A stretch of DNA of 64,000 bases from Roseburia sp. (GTDB lineage: Bacteria; Bacillota; Clostridia; Lachnospirales; Lachnospiraceae). The position numbers were made by a program, and so were the translations under genes. Below, piece by piece: positions 20,201 through 30,241 of this stretch. The stretch is taken from assembly GCA_003483745.1 (NCBI GenBank), contig DMYD01000042.1:101212-165211 (forward strand). The letters run 5' to 3'. The notes below the pieces were generated by a model that had not been told where the DNA came from, searched no databases, and saw only the letters and a program-made list of their open reading frames with translations. Each line of letters opens with the position of its first letter. Within the stretch, counting starts at the first letter, position 1.

Positions 20201-21733
20201 ATGGCAATTCATACATTCGCAGCGATTTATATCGGCTCTTATGAGGTAAGCTTGAAAATTTTTGAAATTTCTGCCCAAAAAAGTATTCGTAAAATTGACT
20301 ATATCAGGAGCCGGATCGGGCTTGGACGGGATGCGTATTCGCGTGGGGTGATCGGATATGAACTGGTGGAAGCACTCTGTGATACATTAGAACAGTTTAC
20401 GAGTATTATGAAAGAATACCGGGTGGACGGTTACGAGGCATATGCGGCTGCAGCACTTAGGGATGTGAGCAATGAATTGTTTATCTTAGATCAGATCCGC
20501 ATCCGTACCGGACTGACGGTTCATGTCTTGAGTAACTCGGAACATCGTTTTATCAGCTACAAATCAGTTGCAATGCGCGGCGAGTTTGAGGAACTGATAA
20601 AAACAGGAGCGGCAGTTGTGGATGTCGGCGGCGGTGGAATGCAGATCACAATTTTTTCTAAAGGCAAAGTAATCACCACACAGCATTTAGGACTTGGAAC
20701 TATGCGGATGCAGGAACAGCTTGCAAAAAAAAGCAGCAGCCTGCAGCAGTATGAGTTACAGATCGAAGAACTGGTAGAAAAAGAATTAAACGTGTTTATG
20801 GCAATGTTCACGGAACAGGTGAAAGTGAAGAACCTGATTATTATTGGAGACTATATTATGGAGGTCGCCGGAAAGGTCACTGGGAAAAAACATGTGAACT
20901 TGATGGAAACCAAGGATTTTCTGGCGTTTCTGGATGGACTTGACAAAAAAACAGTCGGGCAGATTTCAGAAGAACTAAACTTGTCAAATGAAAATGATTC
21001 CCTGATCATTCCGTACATGATCATTTTTAAATGTATGGCACGTAAAATGAAAGCCGAAAAAATCTGGGCGCCGGGTGTCATTGTAAGCGATGGTATTGCA
21101 TATGATTATGCACAGAAGCATAAACTTTGCAAACCGACACACGATTTTGACGCAGATGTCATTTCGGCAGCAAGAAATTTATCTGCACGTTATATGAGTT
21201 ATTCACCGCATATTGACGCATTGACACAGATGGCAACACTGATTTTTGATACAATGAAAAAAATCCATGGACTTGGAAAGAGAGAGCGGCTTTTGCTTCA
21301 GGTGGCAGCAATCCTGCATGACTGCGGAAAGTATATCAGTCTTGCAAACGGACCGCTGTGTTCCTATGACATTATTATGGCGTCGGAAATCATCGGTCTT
21401 ACGCATATGGAACGTGAGATCGCAGCTTATACGGTTCTTTATAATACTTATCCGCTGCCGGCCTATGAAGATTTTGAGAGTGATATCAGCCGTGAGAGTT
21501 ATGTTGTTATTGCAAAACTTTCTGCAATTTTACGCGTATCCAATGCGATGGACCGCAGCCATAAGCAGAAATTCAAAAATGTGCGTGCAGCAGTAAAAGG
21601 AAAAGAACTGGTGATCACAATCGAGACAGATGATGATATTGCACTGGAAAAAGCACTGTTTGATGCGAAGGTTTCTTACTTTGAAAACATATTCAGTATT
21701 AAACCGGTCGTCAAGGAGAAACGTGTGTATTAG
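20201..21733 (+). CDS. ppx: Ppx/GppA family exopolyphosphatase with C-terminal HD domain
   Basis: An N-terminal actin-like fold (AAIYIGSYEVSLKIFEI...VVDVGGGG). The C-terminal HD region is ILHDCGKYIS. Confidence 0.85.
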   Translation: MAIHTFAAIYIGSYEVSLKIFEISAQKSIRKIDYIRSRIGLGRDAYSRGVIGYELVEALCDTLEQFTSIMKEYRVDGYEAYAAAALRDVSNELFILDQIRIRTGLTVHVLSNSEHRFISYKSVAMRGEFEELIKTGAAVVDVGGGGMQITIFSKGKVITTQHLGLGTMRMQEQLAKKSSSLQQYELQIEELVEKELNVFMAMFTEQVKVKNLIIIGDYIMEVAGKVTGKKHVNLMETKDFLAFLDGLDKKTVGQISEELNLSNENDSLIIPYMIIFKCMARKMKAEKIWAPGVIVSDGIAYDYAQKHKLCKPTHDFDADVISAARNLSARYMSYSPHIDALTQMATLIFDTMKKIHGLGKRERLLLQVAAILHDCGKYISLANGPLCSYDIIMASEIIGLTHMEREIAAYTVLYNTYPLPAYEDFESDISRESYVVIAKLSAILRVSNAMDRSHKQKFKNVRAAVKGKELVITIETDDDIALEKALFDAKVSYFENIFSIKPVVKEKRVY

Positions 21734-21745
21734 ATGGAGGACACT

Positions 21746-23884
21746 ATGGAAAAGGAAAAAGATTTTACAAATCCACAGTATTACGAGAACAGAGAATTAA
21801 GCTGGTTAAAATTTGATAACCGGGTATTGAATGAAGCACGCGATAAGAGTATCCCGCTTTTGGAACGCCTGAAATTTGTCAGTATCACTTCCTCAAATCT
21901 GGATGAATTTTACATGGTGCGTGTTGCTTCCTTAAAAGATATGGTACATGCTAACTATAAGAAGAAAGATATCGCAGGAATGACAGCGACAGAACAGCTT
22001 ACAGCCATCAACGAAAAAACAAGGGAAATGGTAGAACTGCAGTATAATACTTATAACAGATCACTGCTGCCGTTACTTAAGAAAGAACAAATCTATATTA
22101 TCAATGCATTTGAAGAACTGACGGAGGAACAGAAAAAGTTTGTGGATCGTTATTTTGAGGAAAATGTCTATCCGGTACTGACACCGATGGCGGTAGATGC
22201 ATCGCGTCCGTTTCCACTGATCCGCAATAAGACGTTAAATATTGCGGCACTTCTTTCGAAAAAGAATACAAAGAGTGAAAAGCAGGAACTGGATTTTGCG
22301 ACAGTACAGGTTCCAGGGGTTCTTCCGAGACTGGTACAGATCCCGTCAGAGGAAGAAAATGCAAAATGTTTTATTCTGTTAGAGCAGATCATCGAGAAAA
22401 ATATTGATAAACTGTTCTTAAATTATGAAGTGCTCTGTGCTTATCCGTACCGTATCATGCGGAATGCAGATCTGACGATCGATGAGGACGAGGCGGAGGA
22501 TCTGTTAAAAGAGATCCAGAAACAGTTAAAAATGAGACAGTGGGGAGAAGTGATCCGTCTTGAGGTGGAGAGTGGAATTGACAAACGCCTGCTGCGTTTC
22601 TTAAAGGATGAACTGAAAGTTGCAGAAGAAGATATCTTCTGTATCCAGGGGCCGATCGATCTGACATTCCTGATGAAAATGTATGGACTTCCCGGCTGTG
22701 ATCATCTGCGCTATAAACCGTATACGCCGCAGAAAAATCCGAAGATCGAACCGGGAGAAAACATTTTTGAACTGATCCGTCAGGGGGATATCTTTTTACA
22801 CCACCCGTATCAGACGTTTGATCCGGTTGTTGACTTCATACGACAGGCAGCATCTGACCCGGATGTTCTTGCAATCAAACAGACACTTTACCGTGTCAGC
22901 GGTAATTCGCCAATCATCGCTTCTTTAGCACAGGCGGCAGAAAATGGCAAACAGGTATCTGTTTTAGTGGAGTTAAAGGCACGTTTTGATGAGGAAAATA
23001 ATATTGTCTGGGCAAAGAAATTAGAGCAGGCAGGCTGCCATGTAATCTACGGACTGGTCGGACTGAAAACACACAGTAAAATTGCACTGGTTGTCCGCAG
23101 GGAAGAGGACGGTATCCGCAGATATGTCCATCTTGGAACTGGTAATTACAATGATTCAACAGCAAAATTATATACGGACTGTGGAATTTTTACCTGCAAT
23201 GAGGCGATCGGTGAAGATGCAACTGCGGTATTTAATATGCTTTCCGGCTACTCAGAGCCGCTCTCCTGGAATGAACTCTCACTGGCACCGATCTGGCTTC
23301 GCAATAAGTTTATGAAACTGATCGGCAGGGAAACAGCACATGCAAAAAAAGGCATGCCGGCACGTATTGTTGCGAAAATGAATTCACTTTGTGATCCTGG
23401 AATCATAGCGGCACTTTATGAGGCGTCAGCAGCAGGGGTAAAGATTCAGTTGATCGTGCGCGGAATCTGCTGTCTGAAAGTCGGCATAAAAGGAGTGAGC
23501 GAAAATATTGAAGTGCGCTCAATTGTCGGAAATTTTTTAGAGCACAGCAGAATTTTCTGGTTTGAGAATAATGGGGCAGACGAGGTGTATATGGGAAGTG
23601 CGGACTGGATGCCGCGTAACTTGGACCGCCGTGTTGAAATATTGTTCCCTGTTCTGGATGATGATGCAAAAGAATCTGCAAAACATATTCTTGAAGTGGA
23701 ATTGTCTGATAATACAAAAGCCCATATCTTGAAATCGGATGGAAATTATGAGAAAATAGATAAAAGAGGAAAAGTTTTGGTCAATTCACAGATGCAGTTC
23801 TGTGAGGAAGCTGTTGCAGCAGTGCCAAAACAGGATCATGTGTACCGGGAACGGATATTTGTCCCGGCGGAACCTGCAGAATAG
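21746..23884 (+). CDS. ppk: Polyphosphate kinase 1
   Basis: NRELSWLKFDNRVL at the N-terminus, two PLD-like HKD regions (KTHSKIALVVR), ~712 aa. The ppx stop is immediately followed by an in-frame ATG at 21734; the ATG at 21746 has better GGAGGA spacing. Confidence 0.9.
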   Translation: MEKEKDFTNPQYYENRELSWLKFDNRVLNEARDKSIPLLERLKFVSITSSNLDEFYMVRVASLKDMVHANYKKKDIAGMTATEQLTAINEKTREMVELQYNTYNRSLLPLLKKEQIYIINAFEELTEEQKKFVDRYFEENVYPVLTPMAVDASRPFPLIRNKTLNIAALLSKKNTKSEKQELDFATVQVPGVLPRLVQIPSEEENAKCFILLEQIIEKNIDKLFLNYEVLCAYPYRIMRNADLTIDEDEAEDLLKEIQKQLKMRQWGEVIRLEVESGIDKRLLRFLKDELKVAEEDIFCIQGPIDLTFLMKMYGLPGCDHLRYKPYTPQKNPKIEPGENIFELIRQGDIFLHHPYQTFDPVVDFIRQAASDPDVLAIKQTLYRVSGNSPIIASLAQAAENGKQVSVLVELKARFDEENNIVWAKKLEQAGCHVIYGLVGLKTHSKIALVVRREEDGIRRYVHLGTGNYNDSTAKLYTDCGIFTCNEAIGEDATAVFNMLSGYSEPLSWNELSLAPIWLRNKFMKLIGRETAHAKKGMPARIVAKMNSLCDPGIIAALYEASAAGVKIQLIVRGICCLKVGIKGVSENIEVRSIVGNFLEHSRIFWFENNGADEVYMGSADWMPRNLDRRVEILFPVLDDDAKESAKHILEVELSDNTKAHILKSDGNYEKIDKRGKVLVNSQMQFCEEAVAAVPKQDHVYRERIFVPAEPAE

Positions 23885-23939
23885 TAAAAAGCGGGGGAGT
23901 GTGAGAATAATATTTCACATATAAGAAGGGGAGAGGTTT

Positions 23940-24752
23940 ATGAATCACAAAATTTTATGTGTGGATCTGGATGCAACATTACTATGTGATGATAAGAGTA
24001 TCACGCCAAAGAACCGTGAGGCAATCCACAAAATGTTAAACACCGGACACTACATAGCACTTGCAACTGGACGGCCGGTGGAAACAGCAAGAGAAGTTGC
24101 AAGAGAACTGGGCTTAAATACACCGGGCTGCTATATGATTGCGTTTAATGGTGCGGTACTTTATGACTGCGCAGCAGATCGCGTATTGTTACAGCGTTCG
24201 CTGCCAATCGAGGTTGTGCAGGAGCTTTTTGATAAGGCAAAACGCGCCGGTCTGTATGTACAGACTTATAACAGTACAGATCTCATTACTACAAAACATA
24301 CCAGAGAATTGGATTATTATGTGAAACAGGCACATATTTCCTACAAGATATCACCAAATATTCTGGATGCCTTAGAGGAAGAACCACAGAAGGTTATGCT
24401 GATCTCTTTAGATCAGAGAGACAAGTTAGAGCGTTTTCAAAAGAAAAACTTAAATTGGGAAAAAGGAAAATGCAACAGCTTTTTTTCGAGCAGTCAGTAT
24501 TTAGAGTACAGTCCGAAAAACACGAGCAAGGCAACCGGTATTTTGGAATTGACGAAGATTTTGAATATGCCGATGGATACAACGATTGCTGTCGGGGATG
24601 AGGATAATGATGTTCCGATGATAAAGACGGCACATATCGGGGTTGCAGTCAGGAATGCCACCGAAAAAGCAAAGGCGGCAGCGGATTATGTTACAGTAAA
24701 TGATAATAATCATGACGCCATTGCTGAGGTGATTGAAAAATTTATTTTATAG
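23940..24752 (+). CDS. Cof-type HAD-IIB family hydrolase
   Basis: A DxD motif in CVDLDATLL and the C-terminal GDEDNDVPM motif IV. Confidence 0.8.
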   Translation: MNHKILCVDLDATLLCDDKSITPKNREAIHKMLNTGHYIALATGRPVETAREVARELGLNTPGCYMIAFNGAVLYDCAADRVLLQRSLPIEVVQELFDKAKRAGLYVQTYNSTDLITTKHTRELDYYVKQAHISYKISPNILDALEEEPQKVMLISLDQRDKLERFQKKNLNWEKGKCNSFFSSSQYLEYSPKNTSKATGILELTKILNMPMDTTIAVGDEDNDVPMIKTAHIGVAVRNATEKAKAAADYVTVNDNNHDAIAEVIEKFIL

Positions 24753-24760
24753 GAACGGAT

Positions 24761-25630
24761 TTACTTCCCGGCATGCACTTTGATGTCTGATAGAACAGAA
24801 TACGGGATGTAAAGATGGCCACGACCTGTTCCAAGGTGGATGGCGGGTTTATTTGCACCATGAAAATCAGAACCGCCGCTGATGAGCAGTTTGTTTTCTT
24901 TTGCAATGCGTTTGACAAGCTGTTCTTCCCCGGTGGTATAGGTAGAGTAGATTGCTTCGATACCATCAAGTCCAACGGCTTTTAAATCATCGATCAGCAG
25001 CTGCAGCTGTTCTACACCCAGGTGATAAAGCAACGGATGTGCAAGGATGGCAACGCCTCCGGTTCTTTTGATAAGAGAAACGGCCTCCATAGGAGATACT
25101 TTAAAACGGCCGACATAGCAGCGGCAGCCGTCACCGATATATTTGTCGAAAGCTTCGGAAACGGATTTGATCCATCCGTGTTCATAAAGGAAACGCGCGA
25201 TGTTTGCACGCGTAATGACACTGTCCGGATTCGCTGCCAGAAGGGCTTCCATCGTAATTGGAAATCCTTCTTCCTGCAGGGCAGCGATCATTTTTTCATT
25301 GCGTTTATCCCGGCATTCGCGGAATTCAGCAGTCATTTTTAAGAGTTCCGGGTCATCCGGGTTAATGTAGAGACCGACGATGTGGATTTCCTTTTCCTGT
25401 TTTTTCCCTGGAAGCTGATAAGCTGTGGAAAGCTCAATGCCCGGGATCAGCTCGATACCGGCTTCCTTTGCGGCACCCATAGCTTTTCTTATACCTGTGG
25501 CGGTATCATGGTCAGTCAGGGCGATAGCGGAAAGCCCGGCTTTTTTTGCTTCGGCGATCACTTCGACCGGCGTAAATGTTCCATCTGATTCCGTGGAATG
25601 TACATGCAGGTCAACAATTCTATTATCCAT
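24761..25630 (-). CDS. PHP domain phosphoesterase (TrpH/YciV family)
   Basis: VDLHVHSTESDGT...ALTDHDT metal-binding motifs over 289 aa. Confidence 0.7.
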   Translation of the reverse strand: MDNRIVDLHVHSTESDGTFTPVEVIAEAKKAGLSAIALTDHDTATGIRKAMGAAKEAGIELIPGIELSTAYQLPGKKQEKEIHIVGLYINPDDPELLKMTAEFRECRDKRNEKMIAALQEEGFPITMEALLAANPDSVITRANIARFLYEHGWIKSVSEAFDKYIGDGCRCYVGRFKVSPMEAVSLIKRTGGVAILAHPLLYHLGVEQLQLLIDDLKAVGLDGIEAIYSTYTTGEEQLVKRIAKENKLLISGGSDFHGANKPAIHLGTGRGHLYIPYSVLSDIKVHAGK

Positions 25631-25826
25631 AGTCTGTAAGTCCTTTCATATTATTAATAAGTGACTGTAAAAACAGTCAGCAGATGGTGTTATCGTAGCA
25701 TGAATGAAATATATTTGTCAAAAAATTAAAAAAAGTATAAAAAATAGTTTACATATTTTACTAAAATGGTACAATAATCACAAGATGGCTTTTTATAGGC
25801 AAAAATACAGCAAAGAAGGTGAGAGA

Positions 25827-26270
25827 ATGCAATTACTGACGTTTATGCTCAATAATGTCCGGTTTGGAATACCAGTGGATGATGTCGAGTCGATTGAAAC
25901 CAGAATGAGTGTGGTAGGTGTTCCAAATGCACCTGCGCATATCGAAGGAATCGTGAATCTGCATGGTGATATCGTTCCGATATGTAATCTTGCTGACTAT
26001 TTCGGATATCCAAAACAGGATATAAAAAATGTTATTGTGGCAAGTATGAATGGCATGAAGATTGGTCTTGAAGTAGAGAGTGTCCGTGAGATCATTGATG
26101 TAAATGAAAAACAGGTGATTCCGATGCCGACGATCATGAATGCCAATCAGAGCTGCTTTAATGATGTGGCATCCTATGATAAGCAGCTGATCGTGATGTT
26201 TGAGGTTTCAAAGCTGATGCCACAGTCCGAGCAGCAGGGGATAAAGCAGCTTATCGATGACAATACCTGA
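25827..26270 (+). CDS. cheW: Chemotaxis coupling protein CheW
   Basis: The CheW-like domain [21 protein letters not shown]...[15 protein letters not shown]. The likely start is the internal ATG of the track ORF, which begins at 25704 in an AT-rich promoter region. Confidence 0.8.
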   Translation: MQLLTFMLNNVRFGIPVDDVESIETRMSVVGVPNAPAHIEGIVNLHGDIVPICNLADYFGYPKQDIKNVIVASMNGMKIGLEVESVREIIDVNEKQVIPMPTIMNANQSCFNDVASYDKQLIVMFEVSKLMPQSEQQGIKQLIDDNT

Positions 26271-26311
26271 CAGACATAGTAAATAAAGCGCACAAACAGG
26301 AGGAAAAGGTT

Positions 26312-28012
26312 ATGTATAAGAATCTAAAAATTCAGGAACGGCTGAAAAAATGTTTCACAGTCGTTGCACTGTTTGCATCCATTGCAGGTGTTATTGGAGC
26401 AATTATGATGCTTATTATATCTGCGCAGTATAAACATGCGCTTACTAATTATGGTTTTTCACAGGGTGATATCGGAAAAGCAATGATCGTTTTTGCAGAT
26501 GCGAGATCGGCAGCGCGCGGTGTGATTGGTTACAATGATACTGATATGATCGCAACCATGAAACAGATACATGATGAAAAGAAACAGAAGTTTGATGATT
26601 ACTGGGCTATAGTTGCGAACACCTGTGTGACAGGCACTGAGAAAGATCTCTATGAGCAGGTGAACACACTTGTTCAGCAGTACTGGGATGCAGAAGCCCA
26701 AGCGATGGAGATCGGCGCTTCCACGGACAATGAAGACAGCATCAAAGCCCAGCAAATGATGAACGATACCGTAGATCCATTGTATGAGCAGGTTTACAGC
26801 CTTACAGCTGACTTGCTGAATGCAAACGTAAACGAGGGAAACTCCCTTGAGGCAAAGCTTTCTGCCATGAGTATTATTTTCCTTATTGTGATTGCTGCAA
26901 TGATTGTATTTGCATTTGCACAGGCAATGAGAATGGGAAGTTCCATTGCAAAGGGTATCGCAGTACCACTTGGTGAGTTGAGTGACAGATTTACAACATT
27001 TGCAAAAGGTAACCTTACCGATCCGTTCCCGGTAGTAGATACCCAGGATGAGGTTGCAGATATGATCAATACAGCGAATGAGATGAAAGAAACATTAAAG
27101 CTTGTTATTGCTGACTGTGGCAAACATCTTGCAGATATGGCAAGTGGTAACTTCGATATCAGAACAGACTGTCCGGAAGTATATCAGGGTGAATTTGAGA
27201 AGCTGCTTCTCGCTATGCGTGATATGAAGGATCAGATGATCGTAACATTACGTTCTATTGAAGATGCGTCCAGTCAGGTATCCGCAGGATCTACAAACCT
27301 TGCAGAGGCATCCCAGAGTCTTGCAGAGGGTGCTACTGAGCAGGCAGGTGCAGTAGAAGAGTTACAGGCTACGATCACAAGCATCACAGAGAACATTGAA
27401 AAAGCTGCAGATCAGGCACATGAGTCCTATGTGCAGGCAAAACAATATGCGGATGAAGCGGACAACAGCCGTGCGCAGATGACAGCAATGGTAGATGCAA
27501 TGACACGCATCAACGAGACATCCAAAAATATCGAGAACATCATTTCTGAGATTGAGGATATCGCATCCCAGACAAACCTGCTTTCCTTAAATGCTTCCAT
27601 TGAGGCAGCAAGAGCAGGAGAGGCAGGAAGAGGATTTGCGGTTGTTGCTGACCAGATCCGTCAGTTAGCAGAGCAGAGTACAAAATCTGCAGTAGATACC
27701 AGAGAACTGATCGAAGGATCCTTAGAGGAGATCGCAGAAGGAAACAAGGCGGCAGACAAAGCTGCAGCATCCATTGAAACGGTTGTAGAAGGAATCGGCA
27801 AGATTGCAGAGTCTTCCAAAAATATCAGTCAGGTATCCAGAGATCAGGCAACAGCCATGGATCAGGCAGAACAGGGTGTCAACCAGATTTCTGAGGTTGT
27901 TCAGGCGAACTCCGCTACCGCACAGGAGTCCTCTGCTACCAGTGAGGAGCTTTCTGCTCAGGCAGTATCCTTAGATGAACTGATCAGTAAATACATTCTT
28001 CCACAGGAATAA
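26312..28012 (+). CDS. Methyl-accepting chemotaxis protein
   Basis: TM1, a ~150 aa extracytoplasmic ligand-binding region, TM2, HAMP, then a conserved MA signalling domain ([42 protein letters not shown]). Confidence 0.85.
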   Translation: MYKNLKIQERLKKCFTVVALFASIAGVIGAIMMLIISAQYKHALTNYGFSQGDIGKAMIVFADARSAARGVIGYNDTDMIATMKQIHDEKKQKFDDYWAIVANTCVTGTEKDLYEQVNTLVQQYWDAEAQAMEIGASTDNEDSIKAQQMMNDTVDPLYEQVYSLTADLLNANVNEGNSLEAKLSAMSIIFLIVIAAMIVFAFAQAMRMGSSIAKGIAVPLGELSDRFTTFAKGNLTDPFPVVDTQDEVADMINTANEMKETLKLVIADCGKHLADMASGNFDIRTDCPEVYQGEFEKLLLAMRDMKDQMIVTLRSIEDASSQVSAGSTNLAEASQSLAEGATEQAGAVEELQATITSITENIEKAADQAHESYVQAKQYADEADNSRAQMTAMVDAMTRINETSKNIENIISEIEDIASQTNLLSLNASIEAARAGEAGRGFAVVADQIRQLAEQSTKSAVDTRELIEGSLEEIAEGNKAADKAAASIETVVEGIGKIAESSKNISQVSRDQATAMDQAEQGVNQISEVVQANSATAQESSATSEELSAQAVSLDELISKYILPQE

Positions 28013-28030
28013 TTAATATCAGGATAGAAA

Positions 28031-28065
28031 GTATAAGAATGTTTCTTATGGGGACATTCTTATAC
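28031..28065 (+). terminator. 12-bp perfect hairpin just downstream of the MCP stop; putative terminator lacking a clean U-tract
   Basis: gtataagaatgt...acattcttatac. Confidence 0.35.
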
Positions 28066-28078
28066 TTCAAAAAAGTAC

Positions 28079-28107
28079 TTGACAGAGATTTTTTGAAGTG
28101 GTATAAT
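28079..28107 (+). promoter_or_regulatory. Consensus sigma-A promoter (TTGACA-17-TATAAT) of the infC-rpmI-rplT operon
   Basis: Both hexamers are perfect with a 17-nt spacer. Confidence 0.65.
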
Positions 28108-28300
28108 ATAATAGTTGTTGAAAACAAAGTAGAGTATCCACTCTCACCGGAGCACCAGCATTCGTGTGACTCATGGTTTTATATTCAAGGCATCGGGAAT
28201 ATTCCTGTTGTTTGAAGTATCGCACCTTGCGAGTATTGAGTATTAAAAGTGGATAGTCTGCCTATCCACTTTTTTTAATGCAAGTAAAGAATAATATTTT
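28108..28300 (+). promoter_or_regulatory. L20-type ribosomal-protein leader upstream of infC, with a terminator/attenuator hairpin at ~28248-28277
   Basis: A ~190-nt untranslated leader ends in agtggatag-tctgc-ctatccact plus a T7 run, directly before the infC RBS. This is the arrangement of the Firmicute L20-responsive infC leader. Confidence 0.55.
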
Positions 28301-28314
28301 GGAGGTGCAATACC

Positions 28315-28824
28315 ATTAGCGAGTTAATGATTAATGAACAGATCAGAGACAGAGAAGTTCGTCTGATCGGAGAAAACGGAGAACAGCTTGGCATTATGTC
28401 AGCAAGAGAAGCAATGAAGCTGGCTGAGGAAGCAGAGCTTGATTTGGTCAAGATTGCTCCGACCGCAAAGCCGCCGGTATGTAAGATTATCGATTACGGT
28501 AAGTATCGTTATGAGCTGGCGAGAAAAGAGAAAGAAGCCAGAAAAAAACAGAAAGTGGTCGAGTTAAAAGAGATTCGTCTGTCACCGAATATTGATTCAA
28601 ATGATTTGAACACCAAAATGAATGCTGCAAAAAAATTCTTAAGCAAAGGTGATAAAGTAAAAATCACTTTAAGATTCCGTGGACGTGAGATGGCACACAT
28701 GAATGCCAGCAAACATATTCTGGATGATTTCGCTGAGAGTCTTGCAGAGGTTGCAGTAGTGGAAAAAGCACCAAAGGTTGAGGGCAGAAGTATCAGCATG
28801 GTGTTGGCAGAAAAAAAATCATAA
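28315..28824 (+). CDS. infC: Translation initiation factor IF-3, probable ATT start codon
   Basis: [14 protein letters not shown] and [13 protein letters not shown] motifs. An in-frame ATT lies 7 nt after GGAGGTG; the first ATG at 28327 has no RBS. Confidence 0.85.
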   Translation: MSELMINEQIRDREVRLIGENGEQLGIMSAREAMKLAEEAELDLVKIAPTAKPPVCKIIDYGKYRYELARKEKEARKKQKVVELKEIRLSPNIDSNDLNTKMNAAKKFLSKGDKVKITLRFRGREMAHMNASKHILDDFAESLAEVAVVEKAPKVEGRSISMVLAEKKS

Positions 28825-28843
28825 TTTTAAGGAGGAATATATC

Positions 28844-29041
28844 ATGCCAAAAATGAAAACAAGCAGAGCAGCTGCAAAACGTTTCAAAGTAACAGGAACA
28901 GGAAAATTAAAGAGAAATAAAGCTTACAAGAGACATATCTTAACAAAGAAAACAACAAAGAATAAGAGAAATCTTAGAAAACCGGCTATCGTAGATGCTA
29001 CAAACGTTAAGAATATGAAGAAGATTTTACCATACATGTAA
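28844..29041 (+). CDS. rpmI: 50S ribosomal protein L35
   Basis: [24 protein letters not shown]. The RBS is AAGGAGGAATATATCATG. Confidence 0.9.
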   Translation: MPKMKTSRAAAKRFKVTGTGKLKRNKAYKRHILTKKTTKNKRNLRKPAIVDATNVKNMKKILPYM

Positions 29042-29066
29042 GAAAGTTGTTAAGGAGGAATAGATC

Positions 29067-29423
29067 ATGGCAAGAGTTAAAGGCGGTTTAGGCGCTAAAA
29101 AAAGACATAATAGAACATTAAAATTAGCAAAAGGTTACAGAGGAGCTCGTTCTAAACAGTACCGTGTTGCAAAACAGTCTGTTATGAGAGCCTTAACAAG
29201 TTCTTACGCAGGAAGAAAAGAGAGAAAGAGACAGTTCCGTCAGTTATGGATCGCTCGTATCAACGCAGCAGCAAGAATGAACGGAATCTCTTACAGCCAG
29301 ATGATGCACGGCTTAAAAGTAGCTGGTGTTGATATCAACCGTAAAATGTTAGCAGAGATGGCTGTAAACGATGCAGCAGGATTTGCAGCATTAGCTGAAA
29401 TTGCAAAGAAAGCAGTTGCTTAA
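29067..29423 (+). CDS. rplT: 50S ribosomal protein L20
   Basis: [29 protein letters not shown]. Confidence 0.95.
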   Translation: MARVKGGLGAKKRHNRTLKLAKGYRGARSKQYRVAKQSVMRALTSSYAGRKERKRQFRQLWIARINAAARMNGISYSQMMHGLKVAGVDINRKMLAEMAVNDAAGFAALAEIAKKAVA

Positions 29424-29440
29424 TGATAAGGCAAGCGAAA

Positions 29441-29490
29441 AAGAACTTATTCCGGTGGGACAACCTGCCGGGGTAAGTTCTTTTTCTCTT
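29441..29490 (+). terminator. Intrinsic terminator after rplT
   Basis: A ~15-bp stem (aagaacttattccgg / ccggggtaagttctt) followed by TTTTCTCTT. Confidence 0.7.
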
Positions 29491-29515
29491 ACAAAAAACA
29501 AATTGGAGGTTTTTC

Positions 29516-30241
29516 ATGCAGATAAACGGATATTTATATGACACCCATGTGCACACATCGGAGGGCAGCGCATGTGGACAGAATACGGGAGCAGAGATGG
29601 CGAGAGCATACCAAAAAGCAGGATATACGGGTATTGTTGTAACAGACCATTTCTTTTACGGAAATACAGCGGCAGACCGGAGTCTTCCCTGGAAAGACTG
29701 GGTAGAACAGTTTTGTAAGGGATATGAGCATGCAAAGAAAGAGGGAGATAAAATCGGATTGCAGGTATTTTTCGGATGGGAGTCAGGATATCATGGGACA
29801 GAGTTTTTGATTTATGGTTTGAGCAAAGAGTGGCTGTTAGACCATCCTGAGATTAAAGAAGCAGATGTGAAAGAACAGTATGAACTGGTACATGCCGCTG
29901 GTGGTATTGTCAGCCATGCGCATCCGTTCCGTGAGGAGGACTATATCCCGGAAATCCGTCTTTTTCCGGACTGTGTAGATGCGGTGGAGGGAATCAATGC
30001 CACACATGAGAGCCCTGCAAGCACGTCGCATAAAAATATCTTATATAATGAAAAAGCAATCGCATATGCGAAAGAACATGGGCTTCCTATCACGGCAGGC
30101 TCAGATCAGCATACCACTAAAATGATTGGTGGAGGCATGCTGTTTGACCGGAAGTTGTCCGATGAAAAAGATTTTTGCAGGGCAGTGCTTGCCGGGGAGG
30201 CAAAAGCATACTGGAATGGCAGTGAGTTTTATGCCGGATAG
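29516..30241 (+). CDS. PHP domain-containing metal-dependent phosphoesterase
   Basis: N-terminal HVHTSEGSACG and VTDH motifs of the PHP (histidinol-phosphatase-like) fold; 241 aa. Confidence 0.6.
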   Translation: MQINGYLYDTHVHTSEGSACGQNTGAEMARAYQKAGYTGIVVTDHFFYGNTAADRSLPWKDWVEQFCKGYEHAKKEGDKIGLQVFFGWESGYHGTEFLIYGLSKEWLLDHPEIKEADVKEQYELVHAAGGIVSHAHPFREEDYIPEIRLFPDCVDAVEGINATHESPASTSHKNILYNEKAIAYAKEHGLPITAGSDQHTTKMIGGGMLFDRKLSDEKDFCRAVLAGEAKAYWNGSEFYAG

